Shown: positions 1-11,873 of the stretch, piece by piece
How positions within the stretch are numbered: the stretch's first letter is position 1
Layout of the letters: each line of letters opens with the position of its first letter
DNA from: an uncultured Verrucomicrobiae bacterium
GTDB taxonomy: Bacteria; Verrucomicrobiota; Verrucomicrobiia; Limisphaerales; Palsa-1400
Reading direction: 5' to 3'
Assembly (NCBI GenBank): GCA_963702845.1
Contig: OY969763.1
Location: 2,432,001-2,496,000 of the forward strand
Length of the DNA stretch: 64,000 bases
Translations under genes and position numbers: made by a program
The notes under the pieces: generated by a model
The model's database searches: none
What the model was told of the DNA's origin: nothing
Seen by the model: the letters and a program-made list of their open reading frames with translations, nothing else

Positions 1-1
1 G

Positions 2-2378
2 ATTGACGTTCAGATTTCACACGCAAAGGAACTGTGGCTCGCCGTTAGCGACGGCGGCGAGAAACGCGACAACAACCTCATCATACTGGGTGATCCGAAA
101 TTGATTCGCGCCGATGGATCGGAAGTGTATCTCACAAAGTTTCAAGAAGAGTTTATTCGCCCAGCACGGGTCGGGATTAATACAACTGTGAACGGCAAAC
201 CGTTGCGCATCCTGCAAAAGAGCTATTCACATGGCTACAGCGCGCCAGCACCATTACTCGTTGGTTTCCATCTGCGCGAGGAGTTCGATCGACTTTACAT
301 CAAAGCCGGAATTGATGCCGCAGTCGACCCGAATGCTTCCAAAAAACGCCTGGAGGATGTTCCTGTGAATGCGCCGAAGGTTGAGTTTGCCGTTTTCACC
401 AGCCGTCCGAACGAAGCATTTCTAAAACAACCATTCGACACGACCCAGCGATTCGGCCTCGCCGCAGCACAAGCCTCGCTCAAGGATTTAAAAGTTGCAG
501 ATGGGTTTGAGGTGTCGCTCTTCGCGTGTGAACCGATGGTGCGCAATCCAACTGACATGGACATCGATGCGAAAGGTCGGGTCTGGGTTTGCGAAGGTGT
601 CAATTATCGCAGCACGTTTCAGCCTTGGGGAGTCATTCGTCCAGCGGGAGATCGTATCGTTGTGCTCGAAGATACCGATGGCAACGGAATGGCCGACAAA
701 GAAACGACTTTTTATCAGGGGCCGGAAATTAATTCAGCACTCGGCGTATGTGTGCTGGGCAATAAGGCAATTGTTTGCTGCTCACCGAACGTCTTCGTTT
801 TCACGGACACAGACGGGGATGGGAAAGCCGATAAGAAGGAAATTTTGTTCAGCGGCATTAGTGGCGTTGACCATGACCATGGCGTGCACGCGTTCACCTT
901 TGGACCGGACGGTAAGCTCTATTTCAATTTCGGCAACGAAAGCAAACAATTGAAACGGCCTGATGGCTCCCCTGTTCTCGATGTTGAAGGCCGCGAGGTT
1001 TCTGCGAAAGGCAAACCGTTCCGAAACGGAATGGTCATACGATGCAATCTCGACGGCAGCGAAGTCGAAGTGCTCGGATACAATTTCCGCAATCCCTATG
1101 AAGCTGCGGTCGATTCATTCGGCACGGTTTGGCAATCCGACAACGATGACGATGGCTCTAAAGCTGTTCGGATCAATTACATCATGGAGCACGGCAACTT
1201 CGGGTTTTACGATGAACTCACCGGTGCCGGCTGGGGACAAAAACGCAGCAATATGGAAGAGGAAATTTCGTTGCGTCATTGGCATCAGAACGATCCCGGG
1301 GTTATTCCAAATCTATTAATCACCGGCGCAGGTGCTCCGACCGGCATCACGATTTACGAAGGCAAGCTGCTGCCGAAAACCTTCCAAAATCAAATGCTTC
1401 ATTGCGATGCCGGCACGCGCGTCGTTCGCTGTTATCCAGTTCAACCCCTCGGCGCGGGATACAAAGCCGAAGCCGTCGACATTCTAACCAGCAGCGATGC
1501 GTGGTTCAGGCCTGCCGACGTGTGCGTCGCGCCTGATGGTTCAATTTACGTTGCTGATTGGAACGACGCGGGCGTCGGCGGACATAACATGGCTGATCGC
1601 GAGCTGGCAACAATGACAGGTCGCATTTATCGCATTGCACCGAAAGGCAACAAGCCAGCACGGTTGAAATACGAATTCAACACCGCGGCACAATGCATGG
1701 ACGCCCTGCGTTCCCCGAATAACGCCGCACGTTATCTCGCGTGGACAAAACTGCACGAGATGCGAAGGCAAAGCAGAAAAGGCGCTACTCAAAGATTGGC
1801 GCGGCAAAGATCAGCGGCTCGGGCCCGCGCACTGCATTTGCTCGCCCGCATACCCGGCAAACAGGAAAAATATGTGAAACAAGGACTCAACGATTCCAAC
1901 CCGGATATCCGGATCACCGCGCTGCGCATTGCCCGCTCGTTAAAAATGGATGTTATCCCTTACGTACAAAAGCTCGTAACCGATTCCAACGCGCAAGTCC
2001 GCCGCGAATGCGCCATCGCATTGCGCCATGACAGCTCCGATCGCGCAGCGGAATTATGGGCGCAATTGGCACAACAACACGACGGCAAAGACCGCTGGTA
2101 TTTGGAAGCACTCGGAATCGGCTCTGATGGCAACGAGGAGAAATTTTTCGCCGCGTGGCTCAAGAAAGCTGGTGACGAGTGGAACACGGTTGCCAGGTCG
2201 CGACATCATTTGGCGTTCCCGCGCGCCGGGTTCAGCAGCTTTTCTCGCAAAGATAATCGCCGACCCAAAAACTTCCGACGTAGAGCGCGCGCGTTGTTTT
2301 CGTGCGTTCGATTTCATTCCGGCCTGTTCGCAAAAACAGCAGGCGCTCGTGCAACTCGTGGCGGCGGCAACGAACTAG
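2..2378 (+). CDS. PVC-type membrane-bound dehydrogenase-like protein (divergent NPCBM-like region, beta-propeller, HEAT repeats); 5'-partial, frameshifted
   Basis: The frame is open from base 2. Motifs: FACEPMVRNPTDMDIDAKGRVWV, LEDTDGNGMADK, DHDHGVH, NFRNPYE, WFRPADV, then HEAT repeats (DRWYLEALGIG). The C-terminus continues in ORF 2028..2378 (GRDIIWRSRAP...) after a shift near 2200. No CxxCH before the stop. Confidence 0.8.
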
Positions 2379-3276
2379 TTATACGTCACACAACCGGACG
2401 GCGGCGTTCAGCGAAGCAAACTTGTCGCGCGTTGGAATAAATTCCTGGCCGACGTAGCCTTTGTAGCCAGTCTCTGCAATCGCGTTCATCACCGCGGAAT
2501 AATTGATCTCTTGCGAGTCATCGATTTCATTTCGGCCGGGATTGCCACCGGTGTGATAGTGCGCAACCAACGGATGATACTGCTTGATGCGCGTGATGAT
2601 GTCGCCGTGCATGATCTGCACATGATATACATCGAACAAAATCTTCATCCGCTCTGAACCGACCGCCTTTACGATTTCGGCGGTCATATCCATGCTGTCG
2701 CAGAAATAATCGGGATGGCCTTTCATGTTCACGTTGACGCGCGAATTCAGCATTTCGATGACGAGATTAACCTTTTTCTTCTCCGCGTGACCGATGATCT
2801 TCTTCAGGCCGTCGACCATGTTCTTCATCCCCTCGATCCGTCGACAATCCGCGTCGATAGCCGGAGAAAGTTATCACGTTTTGGAAACCGCCATCGGATG
2901 CTTTGTTGATGCGGTCAGTCAGCACCTGGATGCATTCGTCGTGCTCTTCTTTGTGTGCAAATCCTTTCAGGAACCCATGCGATGAAATCATCGCGCAGGT
3001 CAGCCCCTTTTTTTGAATCGTCGGCAATTGCTCGGGCTGCAGCAATTCGATCGATTCCAGCCCCATGCGAACGGCGTCATCGGCCAATTCCTCCAGCGTC
3101 ATCGGCTTGTAGCACCACCAGCAGACCGATTGGCGGATGCGTCCATTCTTGGGTTTATAGGTTGCTTCAGCCTCGGCCCGTTGCGTGACGCCAAGCGCGC
3201 CGAGAGCGAGGGCTCCGGCTCCAAGATGTTTAAATGCAGTGCGGCGGGAAAGAGTCGTTTTCGGCGCTGTGTTCAT
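2379..3276 (-). CDS. Hydroxypyruvate isomerase (Hyi)-family TIM-barrel protein with Tat signal; frameshift near 2830
   Basis: ORF 2767..3276 (SRRTAFK Tat motif, RQSVCWWCY, NVITFSG) continues in ORF 2379..2828 (IEMLNS, LFDVYHVQIMHGD, HYHTGGNPGRNE, GYVGQEF). Confidence 0.85.
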
Positions 3277-3313
3277 GCCTACTTTTTAGCCCGAGCCGAG
3301 CCGCCTGCCTAGT

Positions 3314-4060
3314 TTAATGTTTTAGCACGATTGGTTTATTGCACGCCCAGAGCACGCCGCGCGTGACCATGTCGAGGTATTCGGGCGTTTCCATCACCTT
3401 ATTCGAATGGCCAACGGTCGTGCCGAAGACGCGTGCTTTGCCGTAGGTATTCGCCCAAACGACGGTGTTCTTGCTCTTATCTTTGTCGTGGCCGGTGGCT
3501 TGCGCGAGCGGGATGGTGTGAGGCCAGAGTTTGATGGTGACGTATTGCTCGTCAGATGGATCGTGAAAGATCGCCGGGAAACCTTTCATAATCGGATTCC
3601 CGGGCTTCACGACCGTGACATCAAAAGGCTGTTGCTTCTCATGACGCATAGAGGTAACCCCGAGCAGCTTTCGCCATTCATCGGTTTTGGCTTCGCGGAA
3701 CGTGTGAATGGCACAATGAATCACAACGGCAGGCAGGCCGGTGTCGCGATGGACGGCGGCGATTTTGTTGATGTAATCGACGTTGGTGAATTTTCCCGAG
3801 CACATATTGTACACCACGACGTCGATGCCTTTGTTCCAGTCGGGTTTGTCGAAGGTCTCAAAGCGAATTGTTTTGTCGTCGGTTTCACCTTTATCCTCGA
3901 TTGTCCAAACAATATCCGTTCGCGCGCCAATGCCTTCGGTCAGAGTCTTTTTTTGCGCGGTGAATTCGTGACAACACCCGCCGGTGATGTAAAGAGCGTG
4001 AATGGGTTCGGCGGCCTTAGCGCTGATTGCCAGTGCCAGCAGGAAGAAAAGTTTTCGCAT
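3314..4060 (-). CDS. Secreted ThuA-like (class I glutamine amidotransferase-fold) protein
   Basis: Signal peptide MRKLFFLLALAISAKA; ITGGCCHEF, VVIHCA, DEQY and WANTYGKARVFGTTVGH motifs. Confidence 0.85.
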   Translation of the reverse strand: MRKLFFLLALAISAKAAEPIHALYITGGCCHEFTAQKKTLTEGIGARTDIVWTIEDKGETDDKTIRFETFDKPDWNKGIDVVVYNMCSGKFTNVDYINKIAAVHRDTGLPAVVIHCAIHTFREAKTDEWRKLLGVTSMRHEKQQPFDVTVVKPGNPIMKGFPAIFHDPSDEQYVTIKLWPHTIPLAQATGHDKDKSKNTVVWANTYGKARVFGTTVGHSNKVMETPEYLDMVTRGVLWACNKPIVLKH

Positions 4061-4140
4061 CCGGCGAATCTGACAAAAAAACACGGTAACTCAACTAGAT
4101 TTCTCGACGACCACTTACAATGTAACTATCATCGGGACTC

Positions 4141-5743
4141 GTGCGTTATCGCTGTCTCCATTGTTTACTGGTCTTTTTCGCGATATCCCTGCGCATTTTC
4201 GGCATGGCTGCCGAAAGTGGGACGGACCAACTCCGCTCGCTCGTTCGGATGCCGATGGTAACGGTTACTTTCGGTTGGTCGTTCAACCCAAAAACCGGGT
4301 TGAAGCTCGACGTCGAAAAGCCGCTCGCCCGCGATCGAATCGCTGAAATCGAAAAGAAAGTCACCGGCACACCTGCCGATGCCGAACGTTATCTCCTGTT
4401 AGGCGACCTTTACCTTGACGTTCCCGACTACGAGAAGTCCCGCAACGCTTATGTCAAAGCAGTTGCTCTGTTCCGGAAGCGCATGGAGTTGGAGCCCGAC
4501 CGAGCTTCTTTGCTGTGTGATTTCGGCGAAGCGCTCTACGCGACGTCGAATTTCGATGAAGCCGAAAGCGTGCTGCGCAAGGCGGTAAAACTCGCGCCGA
4601 AAAACGCGGCTGCTGGGACAGTTTAGGACGCTATCTGGAAACAGTGGCAGCAACAAAGTTTAGTCCGACCAAGAGTTCGCCAGACAAGCCTGCGAACGAA
4701 AGACCTTCCGCAGACCAACTGGCCAGCGCACAACGGTCGCTCGATGAGGCGACAAGGTGTTTCGACAAAGCAATTACATGTTCGACAAACGAGGCGATGC
4801 CTTATGTGCAACGCGCCATGCACACATGGGCACAGCATTTCTACAAACGCGCCTTTGAAATGGCGCGCGGCCAGGAAGACGACGAACATAAACTGGAGCG
4901 GTCGCTCGCGGCCAATGACGCGTTACCAGACCTGGATAAAGCGGTTCAGCTCGATCCAAAGGATGTGCGCGTGATTGGCACGGCGACGATCATGGAAGTT
5001 TTTTCCGCCAACGCGAAGAAGAACAACAAGCCACACGTGCAGATGATCAAGTTCGAGGAGATGGCCGATCCAACGCAAAAATCCATCCGCGCCAAGCTCG
5101 TCCTGCTCCAAAATATCGCGCAAAGCGCTGAGCCGAAAACGGCGGCGGCCGCGACGGAAATGCTCGCGTTTTGCCAGGGGCCGTTGATCGGCGATCTTGC
5201 GGGTTGTATGGAAAGTTTACGTCGCACTGTTCAGCTCGACCCAACGCGCCAGGGCGCATGGCACATGTTGATTGCAGGGTTGGCTGGCCAGGGCCGTTAT
5301 CGACAGGCCGCGCCGGTTTGCGAACAGAACATTGCCCAAAAGGATTCGCCGATGAATCGCATTATGTATGCAAAGGTGCTGTTCAAGTTGAATCGCCTGG
5401 CGCAGGCCGATGAACAATTACGAGCCGCACTTGCGTTTGGACCCAGGCGATTTCACGCGCGAACGTAGCCGTTGCTGCGATCGCGGTGAAGCGCGGGACG
5501 AATCTTACTGAATTGATTCAGGCTGAGCAACCGTTGTCGCGCGCGGAACAGGCGGTGCAAAGCAAGCTGGACGTCGATCGCGATGGCGCGCGCCAGGCGA
5601 TGATTGATTTTTGTCTGACCAAAGCGATTTACTGCGGGCTCACGGACCGCACCGACATGGCGCGAGCTTACGCTAAACACGTCCTCACACTTGAATCAGA
5701 GAATCAAGATGCGAAGGAAGTGCTTGCGGCGTTGAATCGCTAG
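4141..5743 (+). CDS. Tetratricopeptide-repeat protein, split over three ORFs (shifts near 4620 and 5460)
   Basis: ORFs 4141..4626, 4644..5468 and 5486..5743 are consecutive and TPR-like (AESVLRKAVKLAPKN, LDKAVQLDPKD, LRRTVQLDPT). Hydrophobic N-terminus. Confidence 0.7.
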
Positions 5744-5746
5744 AAC

Positions 5747-5764
5747 GGGCGGAAATGTCCGCTC
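5747..5764. terminator. Short hairpin between convergent genes
   Basis: GGGCGGA-AATG-TCCGCTC fills the gap between the TPR and LOG stop codons; no U-tract. Confidence 0.3.
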
Positions 5765-6798
5765 CTAGTAACTGTTCAGCACGTCGATCAGTTCGCGCAA
5801 GCGGCCGTATTGGCGACGGTCGAATTCGAAGGCAATGCGCGGCAGGTCCAGGCAATCGTTATCTTCTTGTTCTTCCGGCGTCGGCTTGATGATGTGGATT
5901 TTTTGGCCGGTCATGATGTCGCCAAAATCTTCGTTCAATGCATCAATGGCTGAGGCAGACGGCGCATTTTTCAAACGCAGCACCAACTGCTCTTTGACGA
6001 AACGGCTGGAATGGTAGTTCCGATAGAAACGCGTGATGATGCGAACGGCGTGCTTGGCGTTGTCGGCGATTTGGTAAAGGTGCAAATCGTCCGGCGAAAT
6101 CAGTTGTTCGCGCAGGAGATGTTCGCGGACATTTTTGTCCCACGTTTTCCAATACGTGCCGCCCGGACGATCCATCAACACCAACGGCATGAGACGGCTC
6201 TTGCCGGTTTGCATGAGCGTGAGAGCTTCGTATCCTTCGTCCATGGTGCCGAAGCCGCCAGGGAAAATACGATTGCGTCGGAGTTGCGGATGAAGATCAG
6301 CTTTCGGGTGAAGAAGTATTTGAACGAGATCAGCTTCTTGTCTTTGTCGATGATCGGGTTTGGCGATTGTTCCCAGGGGAGACGGATGTTGACGCCGAAA
6401 CTGTTTTCCGGACCAGCACCTTCGTGGCCGGCTTGCATGATGCCGGGACCTGCACCGGTAATGACCATGTAGCCGGCTTCGGCGACCATTTTAGCGAACT
6501 CGACGGCTTGGAGGTATTCCTGTTTGGACGGGAGAGTTCGGGCAGAGCCGAAGATGGTGACTTTGCGTTTGTGGTTGTAGGGCGCGAAGAGGCGATAGGA
6601 ATAACGCATCTCACGCAGTGCGGTTCTGATGACGCGCACGTCACCACGATCTTCAACATCGCTCAATAATTTGAGGCCGTTGATGAGGATGTCTTCAACT
6701 AGATCGGGGTTGTAACCGTCTGGTTTGAAGTCTTTGATGAGGTCTTGAATACGCCGCCGGATTGCGGGGTCTATCTGATTTTTTTCAGGTTTTTCCAT
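5765..6798 (-). CDS. LOG-family (TIGR00730-like) Rossmann-fold protein; frameshift near 6265
   Basis: VTIFGSAR, ITGAGPGIMQAG and FKYFFTRK in ORF 6175..6798; PGGFGTMDE..TLMQTGK continues into ORF 5765..6244. Confidence 0.88.
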
Positions 6799-6826
6799 AT
6801 AATTTAATCAATTCCGAGCGTAAGGG

Positions 6827-7607
6827 TTACGTGGGTAAAAGCAACAGTTTGCGGCGGTAGCAAAGGATGGCGCTGATGACGATCAGGATTGTGAAGACCG
6901 AGACGGAGATGACGCCCATTTTGTAGACAAACTCGCGGAAGGTTTTGAATTCGTGGACGGGGGCGCTGAGATGAATGGCCATCAAAGTCACCAGCGGCCA
7001 ATGACACTAAAGCTAGACTGCACCAGAGATAGTAACGCCATGCATCGGGTTGGTTGTCAGATTTCGGCGATTGGGAACGAAGCCATTTAAAATAGTGGAG
7101 CGCGAGGATCGCTCCACCAGCGAGCGTGCTGATGTACTGAAGGACGTAAGCAATGGTGATGTCTTGCGGGCCAATATGAGCGAGACTCATGCGAAGCGGG
7201 GCAAAATGGCGAGACACGTAAGAGCCGTCGTGCGTGAACTGATCCCAGATGATGTGCGTCCATGCGCCGAGTAGGATTGAAACGATTGCGATCAAAAGAG
7301 TTTCAGGGGTAAAGACTGGTTTCTGATGCGCCAAGGGCGTGAGTTGGTTGCGATGCGGGGACGGGAGAATGAAGCAGAGTTCGCGACGGATCAAATAGAA
7401 CAGACCGAGCAGAACCAGGCCAGTGGGAATACAAATGACGACCGTACCAATCGGTTGGTGAGCGATTTTTGCGAGGCCGCGCTCGCCGATGAAGTAACCT
7501 GCGTCTGGTGACATGCTCCCGATGACCAAGGCCGCGAAGCTCAATCGATTCGGAGTGAATCGTCTAAACGGAAGAATCGCGGCGGGATGGGAGCAGGTTA
7601 GCGGCAT
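6827..7607 (-). CDS. DUF4184-family membrane protein; frameshift near 6995
   Basis: MPLTCSHPAAILP, ALVIGSMSPD and HIIWDQFTH motifs. The shifted frame gives a final TM helix (VFTILIVISAILCYRRK) with its stop ending at 6827. Confidence 0.8.
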
Positions 7608-7635
7608 AGGTTTCTCATATCACCGATGACCAAAT

Positions 7636-7676
7636 CCAAAGCGGCAGAGGGCTGCCGCACTCCAAGACGCTTCGCG
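7636..7676. repeat. REP-like palindromic intergenic element
   Basis: CCAAA-GCGGCAG-AGGG-CTGCCGC-ACTCCAAGACGCTTCGCG, with a perfect 7-bp stem at 7641-7658. It resembles dispersed repeats I recall from PVC/Acidobacteria genomes. Single copy in this window. Confidence 0.5.
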
Positions 7677-7704
7677 AGGCCGCAAGCATGTGATGAACAT
7701 AACA

Positions 7705-10700
7705 CTATGGCTCTTTCGTTAATTGTTTCTTCAACTCGCGTGTGAGGGGGCGGTTGTCGCCGGGTGGGTTAAGGATGTACCAAATCAGGTCGCGGAAATC
7801 TTTGTCGGGCATTTGTTCGAGGCCTTCGGGCATGACGGACAGTTGGCTGACGCGCATGGATTCGACATCGGATTTGGACACGACTTCTTCTTTGGGCCCA
7901 GCCGAGAGAAGTTTGATGTGGGTGGCGTCGTTCTCGACGATGCGGCCACTGACGTTGCGGCCGTCTTTGGTTTCGACTTCGACGTTTTCGTAGCCTTTGC
8001 CGACGACTTGATTGGGGTCGATGACGTTGGCGAGCAAGGCGTCGAGAGAGGAGCGACCGACACCGGTTAGGTCGGGGCCAACGTCTGCGCCTTCGCCATA
8101 GAGTTTGTGGCAGACAAAGCAGGTTTTTTTGGCGACTTCGTAGCCGTGAGAGATGTCTGGTTTACCGTCGCGAACCATATGACGCTTTTCGTGAATCAAT
8201 TTGGTTTTGTTTTCGTTCGATTCGCGGAACCGTCCGAGCAGATTTTTCGTCCGTTCATCCAGCGCGATGTCTTTGTAGTGCGCGAGCGTGCGGAGGATAC
8301 CGGCTGAGACTTCGGTCGGTGCGACCGTTTTGTTCTGGACGGCATTCAAGAATTCGTTCGCCCAGGTCTGGCGGGAAACCAGGGTGTCCATCGCTGCCCT
8401 GCGCACGCTGCCATTAAAGGTTTTCCATTGGTTGAGGATTTTTGCGGCGACGTCATCTCCGTCGACCGAGCTGATAATGCGCAAGGCTTCGACAGTCACC
8501 GCCTCAGGATTCTCGTGGGTGATCACTTGAACGAGTGCATCGTGAACGGCTGGGCATTTTTTTTCTTTTAAGATGCTGATGGCTTGGACACGTTCGTCGG
8601 TCGGGGCGGATGAGGTGTTGATGAGCTTGAGGGTCGCGGCGAGTGAGTCGGGATCGTTCCACAAGGTGCCGAGTTCGCGGGCGCCGGATTGAACATTCGT
8701 GTCTGAACTTTCATGTAACGTGGCGAACAAAGATTTGAGGTCGCGATCGGGTAGCAACTGCTTTCCGTTCTGGCCGTCGATAAAGCCTTGGAGCGCAGCA
8801 GCGGCCAGGCCGGATTTGTCATCGGAGATTTGTAATAGGAAATCGACGGCTTGGTTGAGTTTGTTGGTTTCGCCGGTGTCGCAGATGCGGTGCATAGCTT
8901 TGCGGGTGAGGATGCCGCTGAGGGGCATGGTGCGGGCGCCGTTTTCGGCGAGCCATTTGAGGCCACCAACAACTTTCGCATGCTGTGGCAGCAGGAACTG
9001 TCCGGAATAGTCTTGATTCGGACCTTCAGCTGGATTTTTCGCAATGACCGGTTCCTCAGCCATCCAAATCATGAACGGGATTAACGGATCATTGGCGTCG
9101 GCAGAGGAAACAATCAAGTTATTCAGGGCTTTTCCCACTGGCATCATGGCGATGTCTTGATCAACCGTTGGCGATCTCGATACAACACGTCGAATAGCGG
9201 TCGCCACCGAAAGGCGGACAACAGGACTCGAATCCGACGCCATTGTAGTTAACTGAGATATAACTTTGTTAATGTATCCGCGAGCGTTGGAGCCTCCTCC
9301 GCGAGTGATAATGTCGTTACGAAAACGGTAGCAGACTTTCTCCTGCATAACGCACTGCCCAACTCCGGACGGCAGGCTCGCTTGAATGGAGCATTTCTTC
9401 GAGGAACTTTGGTTCGCCGTCCATGTCGAATGGATAGGTTCCATAAAGTGTCCAAAGTGCCGCCATCCTCACATCCAGTGACGTGTTAGTTCGAATTATC
9501 TCACGAAGATCATATTTGATTTCGAAGTTCTCAGACCCAGTGAAATGTTCGCACAATAGACGTTGTGCCATTCTGCGTTGCCAGATATTTGGATGTTGTA
9601 GGAGCCAAACCAATTCATAGTGCTTCGCCCTGCTCAAATCCATGTGGCGTTCACGTTGGCCGGACTTGTGTTCGCCCGTGTAAACGACACGCCAGATGCG
9701 TCCGTAGGTGCGGTCGACGCCTTCGGGGTCGGCTTGGGCGTTTTGGTAGCAGGGATATTTGTCATACCAATCGGCGATCCACATTGCGCCGTCGGGGCCG
9801 ACTTGTTCGCTGACGGGACGGAACCAACCGTCGGTGGTGGTAAGGAAATCTTTTTCGGCAACGGCTTTAAAGCTGGAGCCGTTGGGGATGAGGCGGTCGT
9901 GGTTGATGGCGCATTGGTGGATGTTGCCGAAGAAAACGTGGCCCTGGTATTCGGGCGGGAACATGTCGCCTTGATAGATGCAGATGCCGCTATAGGCGGC
10001 CATGTAGTGTTTGTGGTCGACGATTGATGGGAGGAGTTCGTAGGCGTAGGGATTTGCGGGGACGCCGCCCTGGCGTTGGTAGATGCCGCCGGGGGCGAGG
10101 TGCCAGAGATGATCGATGACGCAGGCGCTGACGAAGGCGTTGCCGGCGGCGTCAAAGTCCACGCCCCATGGATTGCTGGTGCCGTCGGCGAAGACTTCGA
10201 ATTTTTTGGTGATTGGATGGTAGCGGCAGAGGGCGGCGCTGACTTCGATGCCGGGTGAGCTGGCTTCGGGGATTTTGACTTTTGAATGGTTGAAGACGCC
10301 GTGGGTCATGTAGAGCCAGCCGTCGGGACCCCACGTGAAACCGTTGAGGAGTTCGTGGCGGTCGTTGGTGTCGAAACCGGTGAGGAGTTTTTCGCGGGTG
10401 TCGGCGTGATCGTCGTGATTGGTGTCGCGAAGGAACAGGAGGTCTGGGGCTTGGCCGACGTAAACGCCGCCGTTGCCGAGGGCGATGCCGGTGGCGAGGT
10501 TGAGGCCGTCGGCGAAGATGGTGACTTTGTCGGCGACGCCGTCGCCGTCGGTGTCTTCTAGGATTTTGATGCGGTCGCGGGATTTTGCGCCTTTTGGTGC
10601 GCCTAGTGGATATTCGAAAAGTTCGACGACCCAGAGTCGGCCGCGTTCGTCCCACGTCATGGCGACTGGGTTGATGATGTCGGGCTCGCGAGGCGAATAA

Positions 10701-10856
10701 ACGGACTTCGAAACCGGGAGGGACGGTGAATGCTTTTTGCGAATCGGTTGGTGATAGCGCGGCGCCGGCGGCTGGCGCGTAAGCCCCGGTGAGTTGATGG
10801 CCGGTGGCGAATGTAAGGTTCGTCGTTAAAAGCAGCAGTAGAATGATGCGGCTCAT
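7705..10856 (-). CDS. PVC-type heme-binding CxxCH protein (beta-propeller, HEAT repeats, cytochrome c); frameshifts near 10695 and 9325
   Basis: Signal MSRIILLLLL; FTVPPGFEVRLFA; MTWDERGRLWVVE; GWFRPV; C-terminal CFVCH, GPDLTG and SVMPEGL. Spans ORFs 10152..10913, 9317..10660 and 7705..9444. Confidence 0.88.
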
Positions 10857-11027
10857 TGGGCGAAAGAATGTGGTGTAGGAGACGCGGTGACAAGTCTCAA
10901 AATTCAAAGGCAAAGGTCAGAGACTCGTTACCTCGTCTGCTACAAAATCCAAGTGCAACGGTACCCCGCTCTGCTATAGGTTATACAGGCGCGCGAATTG
11001 CAAAGCACAGCATTACAAATTAAAAGT

Positions 11028-11861
11028 ATGAGCAAAAAGATTCTTTCGGAGGCGCAGGTTCCGCATTTCACAATGATGGTTATGTGATCGTGCGCGGATT
11101 GTTTGATGCCGAGGAAGCCGATATTTTGCGAAAGACGGCCAAGGCAGATGCGGCGTTTGAGAAGCATTCGTATCAAGTGGATGACGGCAAAGGCGCCGCC
11201 ATCAAGTTGGCGCTTGTGGAATAAGCTTGGGGAAAATCTTTACGGTTATATCGCGCGTTGTCCGAGGATTGTGGATGCGATGGAGCAGCTTCTCGGCGAT
11301 GAGGTTTATCATTATCACTCGAAGATGAGTATCAAGGAGCCGTTCACGGGCGGCGCATGGAATTGGCATCAGGATTATGGGTATTGGTATTTGAATGGAT
11401 GTCTTTATCCGGATATGGCGTCGGCGTTTATCGCGGTGGATCCGAATACGCGCGAGAACGGGTGCATGCAAGTGCTTAAAGGCTCACACAAATTGGGACG
11501 TGTGGAGCATGGAAAGTTTGGCGACCAGACCGGAGCTGATCCCGAGCGGGTCGAGAACGCGAAGAAAATTATGGAGCACGTTTATGTGGAGCTTGCGCCG
11601 GGAGATGTTTTGTTTTTTCACTCGAATACGTTTCACGCTTCGGACCAGAACAAGTCCCCGGATCCGCGCTGGTCGTTGATCTGTTGTTACAACACGAAGC
11701 ACAACAATCCGTATAAGGAGAGTCATCACCCGTTCTACGAGAAGCTCGACAAGGTCTCAGACAATGCGCTGAAGGAAGCGGGAGCGAAGTTGTTTAGCGA
11801 AGGTCAGGAGTTCTGGGAACCGAATAAGGACAAGTCGATGGCGGGCGGAAAGAAGCGTTAG
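11028..11861 (+). CDS. Phytanoyl-CoA dioxygenase (PhyH/EctD-like) Fe(II)/2OG dioxygenase; 5' frameshifts
   Basis: WHQDYGYW (HxD), [22 protein letters not shown] and a downstream R. ATG at 11028 and [13 protein letters not shown] lie upstream in shifted frames. Confidence 0.85.
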
Positions 11862-11873
11862 CACGCGGCCACC

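Noticed and set aside
3407..4261. 284-aa plus-strand ORF and similar long antisense ORFs (14522..15118, 27269..27913, 36393..37016)
   Set aside because: They lie opposite well-supported genes and have no recognisable motifs.
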